NCBI GenBank assembly: GCA_040383885.1
Contig: JBEICQ010000001.1
Span: 2,838 to 66,837 of the forward strand
Direction: 5' to 3'
DNA length: 64,000 nucleotides
Source of the DNA: Flavobacteriales bacterium
GTDB lineage: Bacteria > Bacteroidota > Bacteroidia > UBA4408
In this document: positions 28,730 through 37,048 of the stretch, piece after piece
How the letters are laid out: the number at the start of each line of letters is the position of its first letter
How positions within the stretch are numbered: position 1 is the first letter of the stretch
Program-made: the position numbers and the translations under genes
The notes under the pieces: generated by a model
Database searches by the model: none
What the model saw: only the letters and a program-made list of their open reading frames with translations
Told to the model about the DNA's origin: nothing

Positions 28730-29113
28730 TTAGTCTTCCACCGATTCCAGTGTAAAGGGATGTTTAACCAGGTTGGACATGTCCTCACCGGCTTCAAGCA
28801 TATCCGTATCGTTGGCATCATAGCGCCAGGTTACCTGTAATTTGGTTTTGCCGTCATTGTTGAGGGCCACCATTTTTTTGAGCATTTCTATGATGATTTT
28901 TGCGCTGCTTGTATTAAAGTACTCCAGGTAAATGATCAGGTGAGTGGCCGGATGGGGGGAACCTGAGTAAGTTTCAATCCAATGCTTTACGGGACCGTAA
29001 AACTTGATGGTATTTTCAGGGATTGATTTGCCTTTGAATTCAAGTGTTCCGGATGCATGATTCAGTGATACATAGGGGGTGTTCACTGTTTCAGTAATTT
29101 CGAGTGTTTCCAT
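28730..29113 (-). CDS. DUF1987 (SiaC-like) protein, probable partner-switch phospho-target
   Basis: METLEITETVNTPYVSLNHASGTLEFKGKSIPENTIKFYGPVKHWIETY has the DUF1987/SiaC signature. The internal ATG was chosen as start. The longer track ORF adds a hydrophobic leader translated from the divergent promoter region. Confidence 0.65.
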   Translation of the reverse strand: METLEITETVNTPYVSLNHASGTLEFKGKSIPENTIKFYGPVKHWIETYSGSPHPATHLIIYLEYFNTSSAKIIIEMLKKMVALNNDGKTKLQVTWRYDANDTDMLEAGEDMSNLVKHPFTLESVED

Positions 29114-29209
29114 TTTAGCCAGAAGTTTGGGTAAATATATTAAAATCTGTTTTACATTTAGGAGGAAATACACCAGGTGGAGATAAAAAAAAGAAAGCAA
29201 GGTTTTCTG

Positions 29210-30262
29210 ATGCTGGGCATCATGTCGGGCACTTCATTGGATGGCTTAGACCTTGCCTTGTGCAGATTTGATAAAGCAGGCAAAAAATGGCAGTATCATA
29301 TTGAAAAAGCACATACCGTGCCTTACAAAAAAACCTTGCAGAAAACGCTTTCCGGCATCCATTTACTGAGTGGAGAAGCGCTTATTGAACTGCATGTTCG
29401 TATGGGTACCTACATGTCTGATGCCGTTCTTTCCTTTTTAAAAGATTGTCCGGAAAAACCCATGGCCATTGCCAGCCATGGCCACACGGTGTATCACCAA
29501 CCCCATAAGGGATTTACCTTTCAGGCGGGCAGCGGGGCAGTGCTTGCTGCAAACACAGGCATTCCTGTGGTTTGTGATTTTCGAAGCACGGATGTGGCAC
29601 TTGGCGGACAGGGAGCGCCACTGGTACCTATGGGTGACAAGCTTCTTTTTCCTGATTATGATGTGTGTGTAAACCTGGGTGGAATCGTAAACCTGTCGTA
29701 TGCACTTCCGGGTGGAAAATGTATGGCATTTGATGTATGTGCCGGAAACCAGCTTCTCAATCTCCTTGCCTTAAGGGAAGGGAAAACATTTGATAAAAAC
29801 GGCAGGATTGCACGGAACGGAAAAATCATTCCGGACTTGATTAAAAAATTAAATGCACATCCTTTTTACACCAAAAGGCAAGCCAAGAGCCTGGGAAGAG
29901 AGTGGCTGGAAAAAAATGTGTTTCCTCATGTATCAAACGCTGAGCAGTCTGGTGCAGATTTGCTTCACACTTCCTGTCATCATATTGGCATGCAACTTGC
30001 CAAAGCCATGCCGCCACATGTAAAAAAAGCAAAGGTGTTGCTCACAGGTGGTGGAGCCATGAACTCGTTTCTGGTTGAAACCATACAACAATACTGTGGT
30101 GCTGCAAAGATTGTTGTACCCGATACTCCAACAATTTGCTTTAAGGAAGCGCTTGTATTTGCATTTCTGGGATTACTCAGAATGCGTAGTGAAGAAAATG
30201 TGGACTGCACCTACACCGGTGCTTTGCGCAATACGATTTCGGGAGCCGTTTACCTTCCCTGA
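29210..30262 (+). CDS. anmK: Anhydro-N-acetylmuramic acid kinase
   Basis: MLGIMSGTSLDGLDLAL matches the AnmK N-terminus, and the length is right. The track start at 29177 is a GTG, and the ATG at 29210 is preferred. Confidence 0.85.
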   Translation: MLGIMSGTSLDGLDLALCRFDKAGKKWQYHIEKAHTVPYKKTLQKTLSGIHLLSGEALIELHVRMGTYMSDAVLSFLKDCPEKPMAIASHGHTVYHQPHKGFTFQAGSGAVLAANTGIPVVCDFRSTDVALGGQGAPLVPMGDKLLFPDYDVCVNLGGIVNLSYALPGGKCMAFDVCAGNQLLNLLALREGKTFDKNGRIARNGKIIPDLIKKLNAHPFYTKRQAKSLGREWLEKNVFPHVSNAEQSGADLLHTSCHHIGMQLAKAMPPHVKKAKVLLTGGGAMNSFLVETIQQYCGAAKIVVPDTPTICFKEALVFAFLGLLRMRSEENVDCTYTGALRNTISGAVYLP

Positions 30263-30493
30263 TCAGAAATCATCATCGTCGTCGTCGTCGTACGAACCCG
30301 CGTTGTTGTCAAAGGAATCGAAATCAAGATTTTCTTCTTCAAGAAATTCATCCGGATCATCGTCCTGAGGTTTCGGTTTGGGTGCAGTTGCGTTTTTTAC
30401 CGGCGCTTTGGATTTGGCGGGTGCCGCTTTTTTCTTTACGGCCGTTGTTTTTGCCGTGCCGGCGGACTTCGTTTTTCCGGAGGTTTTTTTCAT
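30263..30493 (-). CDS. Small bipolar protein. Lys/Ala/Pro-rich histone-H1-like basic N-half, poly-acidic C-terminal tail ending DDDDDDDF
   Basis: 76-aa ORF with an ATG start. The sequence is MKKTSGKTKSAGTAKTTAVKKKAAPAKSKAPVKNATAPKPKPQDDDPDEFLEEENLDFDSFDNNAGSYDDDDDDDF. It is convergent with anmK, and the stop codons abut. Confidence 0.45.
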   Translation of the reverse strand: MKKTSGKTKSAGTAKTTAVKKKAAPAKSKAPVKNATAPKPKPQDDDPDEFLEEENLDFDSFDNNAGSYDDDDDDDF

Positions 30494-30609
30494 GACCTGG
30501 GGATCAGATGCTCTTTTGTTTTTTTTTGTAAATCACACAAAAGTATGAATCCAAATTTTACAATGGCAAATCTGAACAAACTATTTTTTTAAGCTACTTT
30601 TGAGACCCT

Positions 30610-31842
30610 ATGAAAAACCTGCTTGAAAAATATGAAAATAAGAGACCGGAAATTGTGTTTGAATGGAAAGATTCCGAGACCGAGGCTGAGGGTTGGGTGG
30701 TCATCCATTCTCTGAGGGGCGGCGCTGCCGGCGGAGGCACACGCATGCGTAAGGGGCTTGACAAGCGTGAGGTAGAGAGTCTGGCAAAAACCATGGAAGT
30801 GAAATTTACAGTATCCGGTCCACCCATTGGCGGAGCAAAATCGGGTATCAACTTTGATCCTTCCGATCCTCGTAAGTCAGGTGTTTTACAAAGGTGGTAC
30901 AAAGCGGTTTCCCCATTGTTAAAACAATATTACGGAACCGGAGGCGACCTCAATGTGGATGAAATTCATGAAGTGATTCCTTACACAGAGAATGTGGGCA
31001 TCTGGCATCCACAGGAGGGTGTTCTGAACGGACATTTTTCACCCGATGAAAGCAGGCGTATTCATGCCATTGGCAGGTTGCGGCAAGGGGTCTCAAAGAT
31101 TCTTGAAGACAAGCGCTTTACGCCGGATGCGAAAAGTCCTTATACCGTTGCAGACATGATTACAGGTTATGGTGTGGCCATGTCTGTGATGCATCATTAC
31201 CATTTGTTGGGACAGGATGTAAAAGGAAAAAAAACCATTGTTCAGGGATGGGGCAATGTAGCGGCTGCAGCGGGATATTACCTCAGCAAGATGGGGGCAA
31301 GCATCGTTGGAATACTCGACAGGACTCATGGCTTACTGGCTCCCGGGGGATTGTCGGAGGAAGAGGTGGGTAAACTTTTTATGCAGCGTAAAAGCAATAC
31401 ACTTCAGGCTTCAGACATGGTTCCGGCAGCAGAAGCAGCCGAGAAATTCTGGTGCTCGGGTGCCGAGATTTTAATTCCGGCTGCTGCCTCCCGCCTGGTG
31501 AACATGGAGCAGGTTGGCCAACTGATTGAAGGAGGGCTGGAGCTCATCAGCTGCGGAGCCAATGTGCCATTTGCGGATAAGGAAATTTTCTTTGGACCGG
31601 TGGCTGCCTTCGCTGACCAAAAGGTAAGTGTGATTCCTGATTTCATTGCCAATTGCGGCATGGCCCGTGTATTTGCCTATTTGATGCAGGAAGACGCGGA
31701 GGTAACAGATGAGGCTATTTTTGAAGATGTATCAGCAACCATCCTTGCTGCCCTCAGAAGAGTAAATGGTGCCGCCAAAAGTTCTACCGGCCTCTCCGGC
31801 ACGGCACTTGAACTGGCGCTCAAACAATTGGTACAAGAATAG
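30610..31842 (+). CDS. Glu/Leu/Phe/Val dehydrogenase family protein (GDH-like, 410 aa)
   Basis: GGTRMRKG…GPPIGGAKSGINFDP is the family's Lys/Gly-rich active-site region. A Rossmann motif VQGWGNVAAAAG follows. Confidence 0.8.
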   Translation: MKNLLEKYENKRPEIVFEWKDSETEAEGWVVIHSLRGGAAGGGTRMRKGLDKREVESLAKTMEVKFTVSGPPIGGAKSGINFDPSDPRKSGVLQRWYKAVSPLLKQYYGTGGDLNVDEIHEVIPYTENVGIWHPQEGVLNGHFSPDESRRIHAIGRLRQGVSKILEDKRFTPDAKSPYTVADMITGYGVAMSVMHHYHLLGQDVKGKKTIVQGWGNVAAAAGYYLSKMGASIVGILDRTHGLLAPGGLSEEEVGKLFMQRKSNTLQASDMVPAAEAAEKFWCSGAEILIPAAASRLVNMEQVGQLIEGGLELISCGANVPFADKEIFFGPVAAFADQKVSVIPDFIANCGMARVFAYLMQEDAEVTDEAIFEDVSATILAALRRVNGAAKSSTGLSGTALELALKQLVQE

Positions 31843-31903
31843 ACATTCCTCCTTCCCGAGCACTTGCAATCCATTATCTTTGCACGCTTTGTAAAAAAAA
31901 TTC

Positions 31904-33004
31904 ATGGGACTAACATGCGGAATTGTAGGATTACCCAATGTAGGCAAATCCACCCTCTTTAACTGCTTATCCAATGCCCGGGCGCAGGCTGCAAACTTTC
32001 CGTTTTGCACCATTGAGCCCAACCTGGGGGTAATCACGGTTCCCGACGCCAGGCTCAACCAATTGTCTGACCTGGTTAAACCGCAAAAAATCATTCCGGC
32101 AACCATCGAAATTGTAGACATTGCAGGGCTTGTAAAAGGTGCCAGCAAAGGCGAGGGCTTAGGCAATAAGTTCCTCGCAAATATTCGCGAAACCCAAGCC
32201 ATCATTCATGTATTAAGATGTTTTGATGACGGCAATATTGTGCATGTTGACGGAAGTGTAAACCCGCTACGCGACAAAGAGACCATCGATTTTGAATTGC
32301 AGCTAAAGGACCTGGAAAGTGTGGAAAAAAAGATGCAGCGCTATGAAAAAATGGCCAAGGTTGGGAGTGACAAAGAGGCAAAAAAAACTTTTGATGTCCT
32401 CACCATTTTTAAGAAGCACCTCGAAGAAGGAAAATCTGCCAGAAGTGCACCCGTTTTACCCGAAGATTTTAAATACATAGAGGATCTGTGTTTGCTCACA
32501 GTGAAACCTGTATTATATGTTTGTAATGTGGATGCCGATTCGGTGAACACCGGAAATGCCTATGTAGAACAGGTAAAACAGGCCATTGCCGGAGAAAATG
32601 CCGAGGTATTGCTGATCACTGCTGCCCTTGAGGCTGAAATTGCATCCCTTGAAAATCCGGATGACAGGGCCATGTTTCTGAGTGATGTAGGCCTGAGTGA
32701 GCCGGGGGTAAATAAACTCATCAGGGCTGCTTACCGCTTGCTCAATCTTGAAACATATTTTACTGCCGGAGAAAAAGAAGTGAGGGCATGGACCATTTCA
32801 AAGGGAATGACGGCTCCACAAGCGGCAGGTATTATTCACAGCGACTTTGAGAGAGGTTTTATCAGGGCAGAAGTCATCGCTTTCGAAAACTTTCTCAAAT
32901 ATGGATCCGAAGCTGCATGCCGTGAATCCGGAAAATTGCAGGTAGAAGGCAAGGAGTATATTGTGCAAGACGGAGATGTGATGCACTTCCGCTTTAATGT
33001 TTAG
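31904..33004 (+). CDS. ychF: Redox-regulated ribosome-binding ATPase YchF
   Basis: GIVGLPNVGKSTLFN P-loop, and a C-terminal TGS domain (…VQDGDVMHFRFNV). Confidence 0.9.
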   Translation: MGLTCGIVGLPNVGKSTLFNCLSNARAQAANFPFCTIEPNLGVITVPDARLNQLSDLVKPQKIIPATIEIVDIAGLVKGASKGEGLGNKFLANIRETQAIIHVLRCFDDGNIVHVDGSVNPLRDKETIDFELQLKDLESVEKKMQRYEKMAKVGSDKEAKKTFDVLTIFKKHLEEGKSARSAPVLPEDFKYIEDLCLLTVKPVLYVCNVDADSVNTGNAYVEQVKQAIAGENAEVLLITAALEAEIASLENPDDRAMFLSDVGLSEPGVNKLIRAAYRLLNLETYFTAGEKEVRAWTISKGMTAPQAAGIIHSDFERGFIRAEVIAFENFLKYGSEAACRESGKLQVEGKEYIVQDGDVMHFRFNV

Positions 33005-33677
33005 GAGCCGGATTATTCGTTTTTTCCATCACAGTAACCACGCCCAGCATCAGCACCAAAGAATACACAGTATCTTCTACCGGCACAGTGCCAATGCGCA
33101 TTCCCATGATATGTTCCGGAGCATATATCACCACAGGTAAAGCTGTGAGTACACCGTTTACTAAAAAAAAAGGGATGAGATGCAGGAGATAAGCCACCAT
33201 AAATTTTCCGAGCCAGGGCTTTTTTAGCAGGTATACATGCAGAAGCAAGAAAACCGCTCCGATCGAAAAATTAACGAGGGTGTAAAGGTGCGCATGATAA
33301 TAAACCGCGAGCGAGAAAATGATGACTACGAGGGCAGGAAGCAGTTTGTAGAGCATCGGAAGTGAAAACGAGTAGGAAAAATAAACCTTATAACAAGCAT
33401 AAATAAAAACACTCGCATAAGGCACGCAGATAAAAAACAACACTTCCTCGAGGGGAAGGTTAAAAATATAAATGCCACATATATAGTCAGGATTGAAACT
33501 CCAAATACCATTGGCTGTGAACCAGATGTCCCATAGGATGAAAAAGGTGCCTGTGATGCCTATGCCTGCAAAAAGACCTTTCCACTGCTTAAAGAATGCC
33601 ACCTTTTTGTCGAAACTCAACAAGAAGGGAAAGAGCACCGATGCCAGATCGAGAAAAAGGTAGGTATACTTGCCCAT
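32994..33677 (-). CDS. Lycopene cyclase domain-containing membrane protein (CrtYcd-like)
   Basis: Two repeated hydrophobic halves with the PLEEVLFF motif typical of heterodimeric-type lycopene cyclase domains. The start was moved to the internal ATG (MGKYTYLFL…). Confidence 0.6.
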   Translation of the reverse strand: MGKYTYLFLDLASVLFPFLLSFDKKVAFFKQWKGLFAGIGITGTFFILWDIWFTANGIWSFNPDYICGIYIFNLPLEEVLFFICVPYASVFIYACYKVYFSYSFSLPMLYKLLPALVVIIFSLAVYYHAHLYTLVNFSIGAVFLLLHVYLLKKPWLGKFMVAYLLHLIPFFLVNGVLTALPVVIYAPEHIMGMRIGTVPVEDTVYSLVLMLGVVTVMEKTNNPAPKH

Positions 33678-33733
33678 GCCTTGAATTAGAACCAAACTGT
33701 GTTGCGAATGTTCGGCAAGGCCTTAATGGAAAA

Positions 33734-34945
33734 TCAGGAGAGCAGTTTCTTAACAAGGTCGGCGGCTTCCTGCAATTCAATCGCAGAATATACCTGAAGG
33801 CCTGACTCATCAATGATTTTCTTCGCTTCCACAGCGTTGGTACCTTGCAATCGCACGATGATGGGCACTTTAATTGAACCCATGTTGTTGTAAGCTTCAA
33901 CAATTCCCTGTGCCACTCGGTCGCAACGAACAATTCCTCCAAATATATTTACGAGGATGGCCTTTACATTGGGATCTTTGAGGATAATCCGAAAAGCCTG
34001 TTCCACCCTTTGCGCATTTGCTGTGCCGCCTACATCAAGAAAATTGGCGGGTTCGCCACCGGAGAGTTTGATAATATCCATGGTAGCCATGGCAAGACCT
34101 GCACCATTTACCATACAACCAACATTGCCATCGAGCTTTACATAATTGAGGTTGTGTTCGCCGGCTTCCACTTCGGTAGGATCTTCTTCTGAAATGTCGC
34201 GCAAGGCTTCGTAATCTTTATGACGGTAAAGTGCATTTTCGTCAAAAGAGAGCTTGGTATCTACCGCCAGGATGTGGTTGTCGGAGGTTTTAAGTACCGG
34301 GTTTATTTCAAGCAATGAGGCATCAATGGAATCATAGGCCTTGTAGAGAGCGCTTACAAATTTTACCATGTGTTTGAATGCATCTCCCTCGAGTCCAAGA
34401 TTAAAGGCAATCTTTCTGGCCTGAAAAGGAAGAAGTCCGGTTTTGGGATCAATCTCTTCTTTGTGAATCAGGTGAGGGGTATGATGGGCCACATCCTCTA
34501 TATTCATTCCACCTTCTGTGGAATACATGATGATGTTGCGCCCCTTGGCACGGTCGAGCAGTACGCTCATGTAGTATTCTTTGGTTGGGGATTCGCCCGG
34601 GTAGTATACATCTGCTGCTACCAGTACTTTGTTTACCTGTTTGCCGGCGGGACCGGTTTGCAGGGTTACCAGGGTTTTCCCCAGAATGTTACCCGAAATG
34701 GTTTCCACATCCTGAATGGTCTTTGCCAGGGCAACTCCTCTTTGTTCAGACCCTATGATGGTTCCTTTGCCCCTTCCGCCGGCATGAATCTGTGCTTTGA
34801 TGACCCAAAGCTTGGTGCCGGTGAGTTTGCTCAATTCATTTGCAGCCTCTACGGCCTGTTTTGGCGTTTCGGCTACGATGCCTTCGGCAATGGGAACACC
34901 GAAACTTTTAAGGATGTCTTTGCCCTGATATTCGTGGATATTCAT
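33734..34945 (-). CDS. sucC: Succinate--CoA ligase (ADP-forming) beta subunit
   Basis: MNIHEYQGKDILKSFGVPI…ATP-grasp domain, plus the C-terminal CoA-ligase domain. Confidence 0.9.
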   Translation of the reverse strand: MNIHEYQGKDILKSFGVPIAEGIVAETPKQAVEAANELSKLTGTKLWVIKAQIHAGGRGKGTIIGSEQRGVALAKTIQDVETISGNILGKTLVTLQTGPAGKQVNKVLVAADVYYPGESPTKEYYMSVLLDRAKGRNIIMYSTEGGMNIEDVAHHTPHLIHKEEIDPKTGLLPFQARKIAFNLGLEGDAFKHMVKFVSALYKAYDSIDASLLEINPVLKTSDNHILAVDTKLSFDENALYRHKDYEALRDISEEDPTEVEAGEHNLNYVKLDGNVGCMVNGAGLAMATMDIIKLSGGEPANFLDVGGTANAQRVEQAFRIILKDPNVKAILVNIFGGIVRCDRVAQGIVEAYNNMGSIKVPIIVRLQGTNAVEAKKIIDESGLQVYSAIELQEAADLVKKLLS

Positions 34946-35054
34946 TGTTAAAACAAAATCTGCGGGCTAAATTAGGCAAAAGAAATTTAAGAAATTGTAA
35001 CCTTTTGAGGTTGGTTTCGCGTAATACCCCCCACATTTCAAATCAATACTCAAC

Positions 35055-36980
35055 ATGAACACACTGTTACACAAGGTTCCCGAGTCACAGGCTATCGAAC
35101 TTCCGGCCCTGGAAACTTCAAGGATGCTGACCGGTTTTGCATCCCTGATTTCTGCAGGAAAACTTCCTGAGAAAAAGGATGTTTTGTTCGCGTTGGCACT
35201 TAGCAGGGAATTGCGTAACCAGGCATACATCGGTCAAAGTCTATACTACTTGGCGCAGGTCTTCTTAGCCGATGAAAATCCACGCCAGTCACTTATTATT
35301 CTTGACGAAGCAAAAAAATTGCTTGCAGGTGAAGACAAGCCCCTTGTGATGCTGCAATGCCTCGAACTCACAGGCAAAGTGTATCAATCCCTGGAGGATT
35401 GTGAGATGGCGCTCGGCGAATACTTCTCAGCACTCGAAATCATCAATGAAAATCTTTCCCTTGAATACTGCAAGGGTTCCCTTCACCACAAAATTGGAAT
35501 GGCGTTTAAATCAACCCGTGATTTTGACAATGCCGTTTCACATTTCCGTAAATACCTTCATTTATCAGAAAAATACAAGCAGAGCAATGACATTGCCCAG
35601 GCCTGTTTTGAATTGGGCAACATGCTTACCCTGAGTGATGAGTATGCAGAAGCTGCTGTTTATCTGCGCAAATCACAGGAGATGGCTTTTGTCATGGGCA
35701 ATAAACATCTTGAATTGTTTGCTCTTGTTACCCGTGCCATTCTGAAAACCCGTTTGCGTCAGTTCAAAAAAGCCATGGCCTTGTTCGAAGAAGCAGAAAC
35801 TGGAATCCTGGCCAATGGTAATGAGGAAATAAAAGCCCACCTGCTGAGAAGCAAAGCCAAGTTGTTCATCGACATGGAACTCTATCCTGAAGCACTTCAA
35901 TTGCTGGATGAAGCTAGGATGTTGGCCGAAAAACTAAAATTAAACCAGGTGTTGCTGATGGTGTATAAATTTTACACCGTAGCCCATGAAGCCATGGGAA
36001 AATTTCAGTCGGCGCTGGAATTCAACAAACTTCATTTCAACCTTGAAAAGAAAATCCTTGAGGACCGTTCCAAAACCAGGGTGCATGGTCTTCAAATGAA
36101 GTTTCAGATGGAAGAAGTTCTGAAAGAAAATGAAATATTTAAATTAAAGAATGTGGTTCTGCAGCAGGCCAACGACAAGATCTTGCAACAGAAAAATAAA
36201 ATCGAGGCTTTTCATACCGAGCTTACTTCAAGTCTCACATATGCCAGCAAGATTCAGCGAGCTATTTTGCCACTGAAAGAAGAAATTTCCGAAACTTTGC
36301 CCGGACATTTTGTGTTCTGGAAGCCGCGTGATGTGGTGAGTGGCGACTTCTACTGGCATTTCAATGCAAAAACCCATACCTATATTGCTGCAGCCGATTG
36401 CACAGGTCATGGTGTACCGGGAGCCTTTATGAGCATGATCAGCAACACCATTCTCAACGAAGTGGTAGGCTCTAATCCGAATCTTTCTCCGGCTGAAATT
36501 CTCACCATGCTCAACCTGGAAATTAAAAAAGCACTGAAACAGGATTTGGGTGAAAAAGAAAGTCATGATGGTCTTGACATTGCCCTTTGTAAAATCGATA
36601 ATACCAGTGGTGTAATCACCTTTAGCGGAGCAAACAGACCTCTTTATTTGGTAAAAAAGGGAGCTGATGAAATTACAGAAATCAAATCAGACAAAGGTTC
36701 TATCGGCGGAATGCATTCTCATAATGACAGGTTTTTTGCGCAACATTCCATACAACTGGAAAAAGGAGACAGGGTGTATCTTTTTACAGATGGCATCACC
36801 GATCAGTTTGGTGAAGACACGAACAAAAAATTGCGCCCTGTTAATTTCCGAACCTGGGTGATGGAAAGTGCGGGTATCCCCTTTGATGAATTGGAACATT
36901 ACTATGCCGGAAAACTGGCTGAATGGCAAAAAGAGGAAAACCAAACAGACGACATTCTGGTGATGGGGTTTGGTTTGTGA
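35055..36980 (+). CDS. TPR-repeat PP2C (SpoIIE-family) protein phosphatase
   Basis: The N-terminal ~330 aa are TPR-like helical repeats. Coiled-coil sequence follows. The PP2C domain carries AADCTGHGVPGAFMSMIS and DGITDQFGE. Confidence 0.85.
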   Translation: MNTLLHKVPESQAIELPALETSRMLTGFASLISAGKLPEKKDVLFALALSRELRNQAYIGQSLYYLAQVFLADENPRQSLIILDEAKKLLAGEDKPLVMLQCLELTGKVYQSLEDCEMALGEYFSALEIINENLSLEYCKGSLHHKIGMAFKSTRDFDNAVSHFRKYLHLSEKYKQSNDIAQACFELGNMLTLSDEYAEAAVYLRKSQEMAFVMGNKHLELFALVTRAILKTRLRQFKKAMALFEEAETGILANGNEEIKAHLLRSKAKLFIDMELYPEALQLLDEARMLAEKLKLNQVLLMVYKFYTVAHEAMGKFQSALEFNKLHFNLEKKILEDRSKTRVHGLQMKFQMEEVLKENEIFKLKNVVLQQANDKILQQKNKIEAFHTELTSSLTYASKIQRAILPLKEEISETLPGHFVFWKPRDVVSGDFYWHFNAKTHTYIAAADCTGHGVPGAFMSMISNTILNEVVGSNPNLSPAEILTMLNLEIKKALKQDLGEKESHDGLDIALCKIDNTSGVITFSGANRPLYLVKKGADEITEIKSDKGSIGGMHSHNDRFFAQHSIQLEKGDRVYLFTDGITDQFGEDTNKKLRPVNFRTWVMESAGIPFDELEHYYAGKLAEWQKEENQTDDILVMGFGL

Positions 36981-37004
36981 ACAACTTTGTGAATTTGTCC
37001 TTAG

Positions 37005-37031
37005 GCCCCATCAATTGACGGGGCTTTTTTC
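37005..37031 (+). terminator. Rho-independent terminator-like hairpin downstream of the TPR-PP2C gene
   Basis: ggcccc-atcaattgac-ggggc followed by tttttt. Coordinates are ±1. Confidence 0.45.
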
Positions 37032-37048
37032 ATATTAGTATTGTGCTG

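Noticed and set aside
29114-29200. Longer form of the DUF1987 ORF with an N-terminal hydrophobic extension (MLSFFYLHLVYFLLNV…)
   Set aside because: DUF1987 proteins are ~125 aa cytoplasmic proteins starting at the 'METLEI…' equivalent. The extension falls in the divergent anmK promoter region and probably uses a non-ATG codon.
31732-32205. 157-aa minus-strand ORF spanning the GDH-like/ychF junction
   Set aside because: It overlaps two strongly supported plus-strand genes and has no domain signature.
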